Source: an uncultured Armatimonadia bacterium
GTDB lineage: Bacteria > Armatimonadota > Zipacnadia > UBA1398
Reading direction: 5' to 3'
DNA: 64,000 bases
NCBI GenBank assembly: GCA_964598695.1
Contig: CAZRDB010000002.1
Location: 30,857-94,856 of the forward strand
Positions 7,393 through 16,626 of this stretch are shown piece after piece. Each line of letters opens with the position of its first letter. Position 1 is the first letter of the stretch. Made by a program: the position numbers and the translations under genes. The notes under the pieces were generated by a model, which did no database searches, had not been told where the DNA came from, and worked only from the letters and a program-made list of their open reading frames with translations.

Positions 7393-10197
7393 ATGCGCTC
7401 CCTCGCGCCGTCGCTCGCGGCCGTCGCGCTGCTGCTCTCCGCCGCCTCGGCCGCTGCCGAGGCCGACGATGCGACCGTCGCCTTGATGGCCGTGGGCGGC
7501 TTCGGCGACGTCGGTCGTCTGGAGCCCGACCGAGCCGTGCTGTCGGCGAACAACACGCTCGGCGCCTCACTCCGGATCGTCTGGGAGGACCGCCCGGCCC
7601 CGCCCGCCTGGTGGAGCATCCGCATCGGCCTCCCGCGCGGCGCGAGCGACTACGACGCGCTCGAGTTCGATCTTCGCGTCGAGGAGACCGACGACCAGGC
7701 CCAGCTCTCCGTCTTCCTCGCCGAGTCGGACGACGATCGCTGGGTCTGCTACGGCGCGCGCCTCGCCGAGCTGCCCCGGGGCGAGTGGCTGCATGTGGTC
7801 GTCCCGCGCGATGCAATGGGGCCCTGGCTGATCGGCAACGGCGTGGCCGATTGGGACGCCCTCCGTGTCCTCGCCATCGAGCCGGGCGGGGGCAAGGCGA
7901 CCTTCCACCTCGACGGCCTCGCGCTCAGCCGAGCCGACGACGGCGCCCGACGGGCCATCCTCGACGGCGACGACGACGGCTACGAGCCGCTCGGACCGGC
8001 CGTCGCCCCTCAGCCCGAGCCCTCCGCGGGCCGCTGTTACTTCCCGTTCGACGGCGGCCGGCTCAGCGTCGAGGCCTACCTCCGCACGCCGGGGCGGCTC
8101 GGCGAGATCGTCGGCGCCGTCGGCACCCCGATCGCCGGCTACACCGCGAGCCTGCCCCGGGAGCGCGCCTCGTTGGCGGCAGAGGGGATCCCCTCGATCT
8201 ACTACTCCTCGTTCTCCTCGGGCTACGCGAAGTACCTGACGCGCCGTCAGGCCTGGGACGTCTGCGCCGACGGCCGCTCCCTCAACTTCGTGCACCCCAT
8301 GCAGACCACGTGGGACGGCCAGCACACGATCTCCTACGCCCATCCGGCCGTGACCGAGGCCCTGAGCCACAAGGCCGACGCCCTGCTCGCGGCCGGGCTC
8401 GGGACCTGGATGGTCGTCGACTACACCTTCCCGTGGTTCGATGGCTGGTGGGGCTACTCCGACGCGATGCGGGAGGCCTACCGAGCCGACCTCGCCGGCG
8501 CCGACGAGGGCCTCTTCCTGCGCGGGCGGGCGGAGCCGCTCCGCTTCGCCGAGTACTTCCGCTCCTACAACGGCTTCGCGCCCACCCCCGCCGACCTCGG
8601 CCTCTCGGCCTGGAGCGAGTTCGAGCCGCCGCGCTCGGACGAGCCCGACAGCCCGCGCCAGCGCGCCCGGGTCGCGACCTGGTTCACCCTCCGCTCCTAC
8701 GAGTGGCTCAAGCTGCCCGACCGCGTCGGGCGCCGGATGCGGGACGGCGGCGGCAATCCGCTGTGGATCGTCCCCAACCCCGAGGACTCCTACGGCTCGA
8801 GCGACTACGCCTACCTCGTGCGCAGCCAGGGGGTCGGCAACCTCTTCCCCGAGTGGTTCGGCTGCATCGGCTGGGCCGCCGAGGCTGGCTACGCCAGCCT
8901 GCCGCCGCTCCGCGAGACGGCCGATGAGGGTGGCTGCCGCCTGTCGATCATCCAGGAGACCGGCGCCGGCGGCCATGCCGCGCCCTACCTCGACTGGCGG
9001 GCGGCCTACTGCGGCGTCTACGCGCTCGCGGCTGCGGGCCGGCTCGACGACTTCGACAACGACTTCCTCGACCAGCAGCCCTTCGCGTCGATGAGCGATC
9101 CGGCCCAGGGCGCCGACGAGTTCGCCCGCTTCCGCGACGGCGTGGCGAAGGCCCTGGCCTTCCGTCAGGCTCGGGCGGAGACCGCCCGACGGCCCGCGAC
9201 CGACGTCCTGTGCGTCGCCGGCCGCCCGCCGGCCTACGGCGCCGGGAGCATCTACTTCGGGCTCGACCAGCCTCACTCGCTCGCGCCCGGCCTGTCGCGC
9301 GCCCACGTGCGGTTCGACTTGCGCGACAGCCTCGATCTCGAGCGGGTGCTCGACCGGTACCGGGTGGTCTTCTACAGCCCGCGCGCGCCGCGCAGGGGCG
9401 ACCTCGCCCGGCTGCGGGCGTGGCTCGAGGGCGGCGAGGGGAGGGTGCTCGTGACCCACAGCTTCGTCCCGACGCGCGATGCCGCGGAGTGGTGGCACTT
9501 CGACGGCGGGCCGGGGCTCGGTGGCGGGGACGGCCGCCTCCTCGGCCTCGGGTCGATCGGGCCGGCAGCCGGTGTCAGCGCGACGGTCACCGAGGCCACT
9601 GATCCCTGGGCCGCCGCGCTCCCGGTGGGCGCCACGCTTCGGGCGCGCGCTCCGCTGACGACCTGTGCCGAGGGCCGCGCGTTGATCGCGGGCGAGGCCG
9701 GCGCCCTGCTCACCGAGGCGCGAGTGGGCCGGGGCCGCGTGCTGTACCTCCACTGGTCCCCCGGCAGCCTCGATGGAGACGTGGAGTCGGATCTGTGGAC
9801 CGCCGCCGCCACGGAGCTGGGCCTGCCCGTGACCGGCTCGACGGATGCCGAATGCCCGGTGCAGGTGTTCGACGTGCCCGGCGGCCGCTCCGTGCTGGCG
9901 TGGGACGCCCCCGCGATGCGCGCCTGGAGCTTCGAGTACCGCCCCGGGATCGCGCCACTCGCCTTCGCCGCGCCCGACTCCGACCACACTGTAGCCCTGC
10001 CGGAGGCCGGCGCGGGGGCCGTCGTCTACGACTTCTGGCGCGATGAGATGGCCACCGGACCCGCGCTGCGGCTCGAGGGCGACCTCGCCGGCCTGTGGTA
10101 CGTGGGGCCGGACACGCCGGAGTTCCGCGCGACGCTCGAGGCCGCCCGTGCGCTACGGGCGAAGCTGCGCGATCTGGGGTTCGACGCGGCGCCGTGA
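7393..10197 (+). CDS. Secreted 934-aa protein with an N-terminal signal peptide (MRSLAPSLAAVALLLSAASAAAEA); possible carbohydrate-active or binding protein, family unknown
   Basis: ATG at 7393 is residue 422 of the 6130..10197 ORF, with ggagg 7 nt upstream. A classic Sec signal peptide is present. The upstream 421 codons of the track ORF overlap gene 5366..7357 in another frame and are Arg/Pro-rich GC artefact. Confidence 0.55.
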   Translation: MRSLAPSLAAVALLLSAASAAAEADDATVALMAVGGFGDVGRLEPDRAVLSANNTLGASLRIVWEDRPAPPAWWSIRIGLPRGASDYDALEFDLRVEETDDQAQLSVFLAESDDDRWVCYGARLAELPRGEWLHVVVPRDAMGPWLIGNGVADWDALRVLAIEPGGGKATFHLDGLALSRADDGARRAILDGDDDGYEPLGPAVAPQPEPSAGRCYFPFDGGRLSVEAYLRTPGRLGEIVGAVGTPIAGYTASLPRERASLAAEGIPSIYYSSFSSGYAKYLTRRQAWDVCADGRSLNFVHPMQTTWDGQHTISYAHPAVTEALSHKADALLAAGLGTWMVVDYTFPWFDGWWGYSDAMREAYRADLAGADEGLFLRGRAEPLRFAEYFRSYNGFAPTPADLGLSAWSEFEPPRSDEPDSPRQRARVATWFTLRSYEWLKLPDRVGRRMRDGGGNPLWIVPNPEDSYGSSDYAYLVRSQGVGNLFPEWFGCIGWAAEAGYASLPPLRETADEGGCRLSIIQETGAGGHAAPYLDWRAAYCGVYALAAAGRLDDFDNDFLDQQPFASMSDPAQGADEFARFRDGVAKALAFRQARAETARRPATDVLCVAGRPPAYGAGSIYFGLDQPHSLAPGLSRAHVRFDLRDSLDLERVLDRYRVVFYSPRAPRRGDLARLRAWLEGGEGRVLVTHSFVPTRDAAEWWHFDGGPGLGGGDGRLLGLGSIGPAAGVSATVTEATDPWAAALPVGATLRARAPLTTCAEGRALIAGEAGALLTEARVGRGRVLYLHWSPGSLDGDVESDLWTAAATELGLPVTGSTDAECPVQVFDVPGGRSVLAWDAPAMRAWSFEYRPGIAPLAFAAPDSDHTVALPEAGAGAVVYDFWRDEMATGPALRLEGDLAGLWYVGPDTPEFRATLEAARALRAKLRDLGFDAAP

Positions 10198-10204
10198 GTA
10201 CGTC

Positions 10205-11458
10205 CTACCCCTTCGGGTTCGTCACCCGCCCGAGGAACAGCACGAGTCCGGTCTTCGTGTCGCGGATGAGATACAGGAACGGGTGGTCGGCGAGGAAGCT
10301 CGCCTTGCACTTGCTGGCGGGCACCGGCCCGGCGGTCCCCGCGGACGCCTCGATCCCTCGCTCGTTCACCTTCAGCCATGTCGCGTGGTGGACATCGTCG
10401 ACCCAGAGCCCGCCACTCCCCGTCATGCCGCTCAGGTCGGCCGCGTCGAACGCGAGCGGCATCCCCATCGCCGACAGCACAGGCTTCAGCCTCGCGCTCG
10501 CTTCGAGCTCCCAGCGCGGGAGAGCCACCTCGACGAAGCAGGTCTCGGTCGGCGCGCCGGCAAGGGCGACGGCGTCCTCCCATGCGCCGCTCGCGAGGGG
10601 GATCGCGCCCTCTTGCGGCAGCAGGATCGCCATCTCCACGGTGGTCTGCCGGCAGGGAAGGTGCAGGACCTGGCACGGTACGCCCCCCACGGTCCCCTCC
10701 GCGTACTCCATGTGATCGTTGCGGTGCATCATCTGGGCCGTCACCGTGCGTCGCGGTGTGTGGAACGGACCGGGGCGCGTCAGCGCGAGGTTGAACTCGG
10801 TCTCCCACGGGGCGAGCAGGTACAGCGCGTTCGCGAGCACCAGTTGGGTGTTCCTGTCGGTCGCTCCCCGAGGCAGCAGCTCGGGGATGTGCCCGCCCGT
10901 GCGCTCGGAGACCCAGCGGTTGACCTCGGCCTGCCCGGGCTTCGGGTATGTGGTCTGGTGGATCGACCCGCCGAAGTCGCGCTCGATCGCCGCGCGGTAG
11001 TCTGCGAGCGGCGTGCAACCTTCGCCGAGCCACAGGCTGTTGGCGGGGCGCAGTGTGGCGCGGGCCGTGTTCGCCCGCAGGTCGAGGTCGAGCCGGTTGA
11101 GCGCCGGCCCGAGGCGGTCGTCGGGGAGGCCGAAGCCGCAGACGGTCCGGATCTGCTCGCGCGTCTCGCCTCGCGCCCCAAGGCAGACCATCCCGAGCGT
11201 CACCCCGAGGCTGTAGGGGGAGATGCAGAGGTTGTCCTCGTTGCCCTTCGCGAGTTCGGCCGCGAGCCGCAGGCCGAAGAGCGCGTTGCCCTCCGCGAGC
11301 TTGGCGGTCTCCTCCGGCGAGGCCTCGGGGTTCTGGTCGCGAGCCGCGGCGAGCGGCTCCGCGGGCACAGCGCGCTCGGGGCGCTCGCTCCGGCAGCCCG
11401 TGAGACCGAGGGCGACGACCAACCCCACTCCCAGAGCCACCGCGCGCCATCCCGCCAT
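10205..11458 (-). CDS. Serpin (serine protease inhibitor) family lipoprotein
   Basis: C-terminal serpin signature FLADHPFLYLIRDTKTGLVLFLGRVTNP. The hinge/RCL reads NERGIEASAGTAGPVPASKCK, with the GIEASAGTA hinge intact. The N-terminus MAGWRAVALGVGLVVALGLTGC carries a lipobox LTGC. Confidence 0.85.
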   Translation of the reverse strand: MAGWRAVALGVGLVVALGLTGCRSERPERAVPAEPLAAARDQNPEASPEETAKLAEGNALFGLRLAAELAKGNEDNLCISPYSLGVTLGMVCLGARGETREQIRTVCGFGLPDDRLGPALNRLDLDLRANTARATLRPANSLWLGEGCTPLADYRAAIERDFGGSIHQTTYPKPGQAEVNRWVSERTGGHIPELLPRGATDRNTQLVLANALYLLAPWETEFNLALTRPGPFHTPRRTVTAQMMHRNDHMEYAEGTVGGVPCQVLHLPCRQTTVEMAILLPQEGAIPLASGAWEDAVALAGAPTETCFVEVALPRWELEASARLKPVLSAMGMPLAFDAADLSGMTGSGGLWVDDVHHATWLKVNERGIEASAGTAGPVPASKCKASFLADHPFLYLIRDTKTGLVLFLGRVTNPKG

Positions 11459-11513
11459 GGAGCCCCATCCCCTCCGCCGTGCCCGCGCCGATCCAGGTCT
11501 GCACTCCTTAGTT

Positions 11514-11533
11514 GGCCCCGCGCCCCCGGGGCC
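11514..11533 (-). terminator. Candidate stem-loop (7-bp GC stem, 6-nt loop) between the DUF1559 gene and the serpin gene
   Basis: ggccccg cgcccc cggggcc lies about 90 nt downstream of the stop of 11624..12388 (minus strand). There is no U-tract, so this is weak. Confidence 0.25.
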
Positions 11534-11623
11534 GGACGCGAGGTTCGGTCCCGTACAGCGCTACGCCCGGGAGTCCTCGCGGGAGACCCGGGCGTTACGC
11601 GGCGGCGGAGTGGTTGGCAGGAG

Positions 11624-12388
11624 CTACCGATCGGGGTAGGGGATCGCCCCGTCGACGTGCGGCGGAGTGCCGTCCCACTCGATGCACCAGGGCGGCACGG
11701 CGTCGACCGCGCTGCTGGCGGCCTTGCCGAACGTCGCCACCTGCTTGAGCGGCAGGGGCTTGGCGTGGCCGTCGACGAAGGTGACATTGGTCATGCCGTT
11801 GTGGCGATTGCAGCCGGCCTTGCCCGAGTCCCAGTCCAGCCCGAGCGTGTTCATCAGGACCGCCCAGGTGTCGTCGCCCCAGGTCGCGCCGCCCACGTAG
11901 CCGTCGAGGATCGCGAACGTCTCCGCCGGGTAGCGGATCTCCGACACCAGGCACCGCGCGTCCCCGTTGTTGAGCCCGTAGCACAGGCCGTCGTAGTTGA
12001 CGATGTAGTTGCCGTAGTACACCCCGTCCGGGGGGAGGCCCGCCACGAGGTCGGAGTAGGCGCTGCCGACCTTCACCGGGCTCGTGGGGCACGCGAAGAT
12101 CTGGTTGTTCCTCACGTACGGGTACAGGAGCTGGCACCAGTTGGTGCCCCAGTTGAACGCCCAGGTGTCGTCGCCCGACCAGTAGGCCGGCGGGAACTTC
12201 TCGTCATAGTCCTGGGTGTACTGGTTGAGCGCCGTCCCGAGCTGGCGCAGGTTGCTCAGGCAGCTCGTCTGGCGCCCCTTCTCGCGAACCTTCGCGAACA
12301 CGGGGAACAGGATGGCCGCGAGGATCGCGATGATCGCGATCACGACCAGGAGTTCGATCAGGGTGAAGCCTCTGTGCCTTCGAAGCAT
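11624..12388 (-). CDS. DUF1559 / H-X9-DG protein with prepilin-type N-terminal cleavage-methylation domain (type II secretion pseudopilin-like)
   Basis: N-terminus [45 protein letters not shown] is the canonical PulG-like segment. C-terminus has the H-X9-DG motif [23 protein letters not shown] at 12388 with gggagg upstream. Confidence 0.85.
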   Translation of the reverse strand: MLRRHRGFTLIELLVVIAIIAILAAILFPVFAKVREKGRQTSCLSNLRQLGTALNQYTQDYDEKFPPAYWSGDDTWAFNWGTNWCQLLYPYVRNNQIFACPTSPVKVGSAYSDLVAGLPPDGVYYGNYIVNYDGLCYGLNNGDARCLVSEIRYPAETFAILDGYVGGATWGDDTWAVLMNTLGLDWDSGKAGCNRHNGMTNVTFVDGHAKPLPLKQVATFGKAASSAVDAVPPWCIEWDGTPPHVDGAIPYPDR

Positions 12389-12417
12389 GGTGTTCCTCCC
12401 GCCGTCGTGGGCATGCG

Positions 12418-12642
12418 CTAGGGAGCGCCGCTGCCGGCCTCGTTCGTCGCGCCGCCCTCGTAGGTCGCCGCTCCCTCGCGCGCGGCGGGAGGAGCGGAGC
12501 GCTCCGCCTGGGTCGCGGCGCGGGTGACCTGCTCCGTCTCGCCCGGGGGCTCCAGGGCGGGAGGCTTGCGACAGCCGGCGAGCAGGGCGGCGGCGAGGAG
12601 GGCGAGCAGGGCCGTGCGGCGGATGATCTGTTGTCTCAGCAT
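12418..12642 (-). CDS. Small lipoprotein (74 aa), function unknown
   Basis: [24 protein letters not shown] contains lipobox LAGC. AAGGAG lies upstream of the ATG at 12642. The gene sits between the two DUF1559 genes; the longer 12418..13593 track ORF overlaps the upstream gene and is rejected. Confidence 0.45.
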   Translation of the reverse strand: MLRQQIIRRTALLALLAAALLAGCRKPPALEPPGETEQVTRAATQAERSAPPAAREGAATYEGGATNEAGSGAP

Positions 12643-12671
12643 GGGATCTCCTTGGTCCGGTCGAGGCGGGC

Positions 12672-13463
12672 CTACATACCCGCGACGTACTTGGCGTACT
12701 TGGCCTTCCAGCCGGTGTCGTAGCTGTTGACGACGTACCAGTTCCACGGGGGCTTGTAGGCCGAGGCCAAGGCCGTCGCCTGGTCCATGCCGCAGAAGAA
12801 GCTGAAGCCCTGCGCCTTGGCGTGGCCGTCCCAGTAGCCCACGTTCGCCAGGCCGTTGTGGCGCAGGGCGCCCTCGCCGCGGGCGTCCCAGTCGAGGTCG
12901 AGGTCCTCGAGCGGTGGGTACTCGTTGCTGCCCTCGTTGAAGTAGGCGTCGCCCGCGTCGCAGAGGAAGACCACCTCGGCCGGGCTGTCGGTGAGCGTCA
13001 TCATGCAGTTCGCGACCGGCCGGTTGGCCATCGCGTCCCAGTTGATGCCGTAGTTGCCGTCGGTGCCCATGGTGTAGGTGCCGGTGGCCTCGTTGTACGA
13101 GCCGTAGGTGATCCCCGGATCGGGGCTCGACGGGCAGTCGAAGAGGTCGGCGCTCTTGACGTACGGGCCGACGTAGGCCGGGAACTCCACCCACGGGCGG
13201 AGCGACCGGCAGGGCGTCCCGAACGGGTTCATCATGGGGTTGTTGCCGGAGGTGGCCGCATTGGGGAAGGTCTCGTCGTAGTCCTGCGCGTACGCCAGTT
13301 CCGCGGTCATGATCTGGCGGACGTTCGACAAGCAACTGGTCTGGCGCGCCTTCTCCCGTGCCCTGCCGAAGACGGGGAACAGGACCGCGGCCAGGATGCA
13401 GATGATCGCGATGACGACGAGTAGCTCGATGAGCGTGAAGCCGGAGCGCGTGCGTGCGGGCAT
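12672..13463 (-). CDS. DUF1559 / H-X9-DG protein with prepilin-type N-terminal domain (second copy)
   Basis: [51 protein letters not shown] is the PulG-like N-terminus. H-X9-DG motif [20 protein letters not shown]. The start is residue 416 of the 678-aa track ORF, top coordinate 13463 (cat confirmed in sequence). Confidence 0.85.
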   Translation of the reverse strand: MPARTRSGFTLIELLVVIAIICILAAVLFPVFGRAREKARQTSCLSNVRQIMTAELAYAQDYDETFPNAATSGNNPMMNPFGTPCRSLRPWVEFPAYVGPYVKSADLFDCPSSPDPGITYGSYNEATGTYTMGTDGNYGINWDAMANRPVANCMMTLTDSPAEVVFLCDAGDAYFNEGSNEYPPLEDLDLDWDARGEGALRHNGLANVGYWDGHAKAQGFSFFCGMDQATALASAYKPPWNWYVVNSYDTGWKAKYAKYVAGM

Positions 13464-13718
13464 GGTGCTGGAACTCCCTTCGAGCGTGCGGGGGGAGACG
13501 GCCGCGACCGACGGAAGCAGCCGAGGAGACCCGGGCGATCGGGGGGCCCTCCCGATCTCGCCACGCCCCCCTGTATACGGCCCGTGCGGCCAAGAGCGCG
13601 CTAAGCGCGCCTTAAGCGCCCATGAAGGAGCGCGGCGCGTCGAGGTTGCCTCCGGCCGGGCGCGCGAGTACCCTGTCCTCGATTCGCTCGTACATGCCCA
13701 GGGAAGAGGTGCCCGGCT

Positions 13719-14474
13719 ATGGCTCACAGGATCGCTCGCTCCGTGGGGATCGTCCTTCTCTTCGCCGCGCTGCTCGCGCTCTGCGCGTGGGCCGTCGCCG
13801 CCCAGACGCAGGAGAAGCCCGACCGTCCCGACCCGATCGGCCCCTCGCCCACGCTGGGCTTGGCGCCGCCACCCGGCGCCTGGGCGCCGACCGACATGAC
13901 CGCATGGCACCGTCGCGACGGGGGGCCGGGGATCTGGAGGGTCGAGGATGGCGTGATGACGGCCGGCGGCGGCGACATTCTCAGCAACGAGCACTTCGAG
14001 GACGCCTACATCCACGTCGAGTTCCGCGAGCCCGACATGCCCGACGCCTCCGGCCAGGGCAAGGGCAACAGCGGCGTGGGGGTCCAGGGCCGGTACGAGG
14101 TGCAGGTGCTCGACAGCTACGGCCTCGCGCGTCCCGGTAAGGGCGACTGCGGCGCCGTGTACGACCAGTTCGCGGCCCTGCTGAACGCCTCGCGCCCCCC
14201 CGAGGAGTGGCAGACCTACGACATCGTGTTCCGCTCGGCGCGCCGCGACGCGCAGGGGCAGCTCGCGGAGAAGGCGCGGTTGACGGTTCTCCACAACGGG
14301 TATGTCATCCAGAACAACGTGGAGGTCCTGGGGCCGACCAACATCGCGCTCGATGCCGACGAGGGCACCCCTGGGCCGCTCCTGCTCCAGGATCACGGCT
14401 GCCCGGTGCAGTACCGCAACGTCTGGATCCTGCACCTGCCGGCCACCGCCAACGACCAGTACGCGGGCCAGTGA
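13719..14474 (+). CDS. DUF1080 (3-keto-disaccharide hydrolase-like / LamG-fold) secreted protein
   Basis: Signal peptide [29 protein letters not shown]. Conserved DUF1080 blocks [20 protein letters not shown] and [18 protein letters not shown]. Confidence 0.8.
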   Translation: MAHRIARSVGIVLLFAALLALCAWAVAAQTQEKPDRPDPIGPSPTLGLAPPPGAWAPTDMTAWHRRDGGPGIWRVEDGVMTAGGGDILSNEHFEDAYIHVEFREPDMPDASGQGKGNSGVGVQGRYEVQVLDSYGLARPGKGDCGAVYDQFAALLNASRPPEEWQTYDIVFRSARRDAQGQLAEKARLTVLHNGYVIQNNVEVLGPTNIALDADEGTPGPLLLQDHGCPVQYRNVWILHLPATANDQYAGQ

Positions 14475-14635
14475 GGCGCCGGCGGCCTCTGAGCACCGAC
14501 CCACGGGGCAGGAGACGCCGACCGAGGCGGAGAAGCCCCTTGGCGTTCGGATGCGAGGGCTCGATCGGGCATACTCCCCATTGGGCGCGTGGTGTCGGGG
14601 TGGGAGTAGCCCGTTTGGCAGGAGGCGTCCTGGCA

Positions 14636-15004
14636 ATGCCGATCTTCTTTGCCATGGACAACGCGCAGTTGCGACTGGAGGAGGGGACGCTCCCGTCGGT
14701 CGGTGCATTGTCGCTCGATACCGAGGGTCTGACCTTCACGACCGGCGGGTTCGTCCACGGCGATATCCGCGTGCCGTACGAGAACATCGCCTCGATCGGG
14801 CGGCTGTACCGTTCGAAGGACACGATCCAGGTCACCACCGTGACCGGCGAGCGGTACCTGATCAGCGTCTACCAGGAGGGCACAGCCGACGGCGTCCGCG
14901 CGATCCTCCGCCTGCTGCAGGCCCGCGCCATCCACCAACGCCAAACCAAGCCGCCGTCCGACCCGGAGGATCCCGAGGCCGGCCCCGACGCGTCTTCCTC
15001 GTAG
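14636..15004 (+). CDS. Hypothetical protein (122 aa), possibly PH-like fold, acidic C-terminus
   Basis: ATG at 14636 is residue 144 of the 14207..15004 ORF, with ggaggcg about 10 nt upstream. GC3-biased codons. Sits immediately upstream of nuoA. Confidence 0.4.
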   Translation: MPIFFAMDNAQLRLEEGTLPSVGALSLDTEGLTFTTGGFVHGDIRVPYENIASIGRLYRSKDTIQVTTVTGERYLISVYQEGTADGVRAILRLLQARAIHQRQTKPPSDPEDPEAGPDASSS

Positions 15005-15070
15005 GGCCGCGCGCACGCGGAGGAGTTGCCCGCCCACGCGGCGAAGCTCCCCTGCCGGGAGAGAGCTTCG

Positions 15071-15469
15071 ATGCAGTTCCACCCGTACGCGCAGATCCTG
15101 ATCCTCGCCGTCGGCGGCATTGTCTTCATCGGTGGCGCGCTCGTCTTCGGTTGGCTGGTTCGGCCCCGCAAGCCGGCGGAGCCGAAGGAGACGACCTACG
15201 AGTGCGGCGAGTTGCCGATCGGGAGCGCCTGGTTCCAGTTCCCAGCCCAGTTCTACCTGATCGCCCTCCTCTTCGTCGTCTTCGAGGTCGAGGCGGTCTA
15301 CCTGTTGCCCTGGGCGCTCAAGCTGAGCAGCTTCCTCCACAACCCGGAGGGCGAGCTGGTTGGCTCGGCTTGGTTCGCAATCGTCGAGATGGGCATCTTC
15401 CTCTTCGTCCTGCTGCTCGGATGGGTCTACGCACTGCGGAAGGGAGCGCTCGAGTGGATCACCGAGTAG
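15071..15469 (+). CDS. nuoA: NADH-quinone oxidoreductase subunit A
   Basis: [30 protein letters not shown]...[41 protein letters not shown] is typical NuoA/ND3. RBS gggagagag upstream. Confidence 0.9.
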   Translation: MQFHPYAQILILAVGGIVFIGGALVFGWLVRPRKPAEPKETTYECGELPIGSAWFQFPAQFYLIALLFVVFEVEAVYLLPWALKLSSFLHNPEGELVGSAWFAIVEMGIFLFVLLLGWVYALRKGALEWITE

Positions 15470-16056
15470 CGCTCCCGGGCTGCGAGGGCGATGGCCCCCC
15501 CGGGTCGGGCCGGATCGCCACTCCCGACGGCCTCGCCCCCTCGCCCGAGCTGGACGGACTCCGCTCGTCGGTCCTGGGCTCGCTCCCGGGCGCGGGTCGC
15601 GCGATCGACCTCGTCGACCGCTGGGTGTTCGCGCAGGCGCGGCTGCGCTCGCTGTGGCCCCTGTCGTTCGGCCTGGCCTGCTGCGCCATTGAGATGATGG
15701 CCGCGTTCGCCTCCCGCTTCGATATGGACCGCTTCGGCGTCTTCCCCCGCGCCACGCCGCGGCAGGCCGACGTGATGATCGTCGCGGGGACCGTGACCTA
15801 CAAGATGGCCGAGCGGCTTCGCCGGCTGTACGACCAGATGCCCGAGCCCAAGTACGTCATCGCCATGGGGAGCTGCGCCAACTGCGGCGGGCCGTTCCTG
15901 GACGGCTACCACGTCGTGCGCGGCGTCGATCTCATCGTGCCGGTCGACATCTACGTTCCCGGTTGCCCCCCGCGGCCCGAGGCCCTGATCGACGGCTTCT
16001 ACCGCCTGCGCGAGAAGATCGCGCGCGCCGAGGGCGCCGTCTCGCCCGTGAGGTAG
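15421..16056 (+). CDS. nuoB: NADH-quinone oxidoreductase subunit B (N2 cluster subunit)
   Basis: [18 protein letters not shown]...[10 protein letters not shown]...VPGCPPRPE are the NuoB Cys motifs. The only in-frame ATG is at 15421, giving a 49-nt overlap with nuoA and about 76 residues before LWP. An internal GTG/CTG start cannot be excluded. Confidence 0.75.
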   Translation: MGLRTAEGSARVDHRVALPGCEGDGPPGSGRIATPDGLAPSPELDGLRSSVLGSLPGAGRAIDLVDRWVFAQARLRSLWPLSFGLACCAIEMMAAFASRFDMDRFGVFPRATPRQADVMIVAGTVTYKMAERLRRLYDQMPEPKYVIAMGSCANCGGPFLDGYHVVRGVDLIVPVDIYVPGCPPRPEALIDGFYRLREKIARAEGAVSPVR

Positions 16057-16058
16057 CA

Positions 16059-16625
16059 GTGACACACGCGGAAGCGGCACAACGGATCCTGGAGGACCTC
16101 GCGGCGACTGGCGCCGAGGTCGAGCCCTGCGCCGAGTGGGTCGAGGTGCGCTGTGCCGCCCCTGCGCTCGCCGAGGTGGTACGCGGCCTGCGCGACGGCC
16201 GAGTGGGGTTCGACTACTTCACCTTCGTCACGGCCGTCGACTACCCGCCCGGCACGGAGCAGGGCGGCGCGCACGGACGCTTCGAGCTGTTCTACCACCT
16301 CCGGTCGCTCGGCAACGCCTGCGCCGCCGTCGTGCGAACCTGGCTCGAGCGCGACCGGGAGTCGATCCGCACCGTGAGCGACCTGTACGCCGGGGCGAAC
16401 TGGCATGAGCGCGAGTGTTACGACCTGTTCGGCGTGGTCTTCGCCGGCCACCCCGACCTGACGCGGATCCTGCTCCCCGACGACTGGCAGGGACATCCGC
16501 TCCGCAAGGACTACGTGGAACGCAACGAGCTGCCGTGGACCGTCTCGCAGCAGTGGCCGGCGATCGAGCCCGACCGCACGCCCGAGGCACCGCCCGCGAA
16601 GAAGCCGGCGAAGGAGAGCACCTGA
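16059..16625 (+). CDS. nuoC: NADH-quinone oxidoreductase subunit C
   Basis: GTG at 16059 lies 2 nt after the nuoB stop, with gtgagg upstream. Protein reads [15 protein letters not shown]...YHLRSL...[31 protein letters not shown]. Confidence 0.85.
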   Translation: MTHAEAAQRILEDLAATGAEVEPCAEWVEVRCAAPALAEVVRGLRDGRVGFDYFTFVTAVDYPPGTEQGGAHGRFELFYHLRSLGNACAAVVRTWLERDRESIRTVSDLYAGANWHERECYDLFGVVFAGHPDLTRILLPDDWQGHPLRKDYVERNELPWTVSQQWPAIEPDRTPEAPPAKKPAKEST

Positions 16626-16626
16626 G

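Noticed and set aside
12672-14708. 678-aa minus-strand ORF containing the second DUF1559 gene
   Set aside because: The DUF1559 protein starts at the internal [15 protein letters not shown] (top coordinate 13463). The upstream 415 codons run antisense through the DUF1080 gene and are Arg/Pro-rich.
15421-15470. Possible programmed frameshift between nuoA and nuoB (49-nt overlap)
   Set aside because: Both genes have their own plausible starts, and nuoB simply has a long N-terminal extension or an unrecognised internal start. No slippery heptamer is evident, so I treat it as start-site uncertainty.
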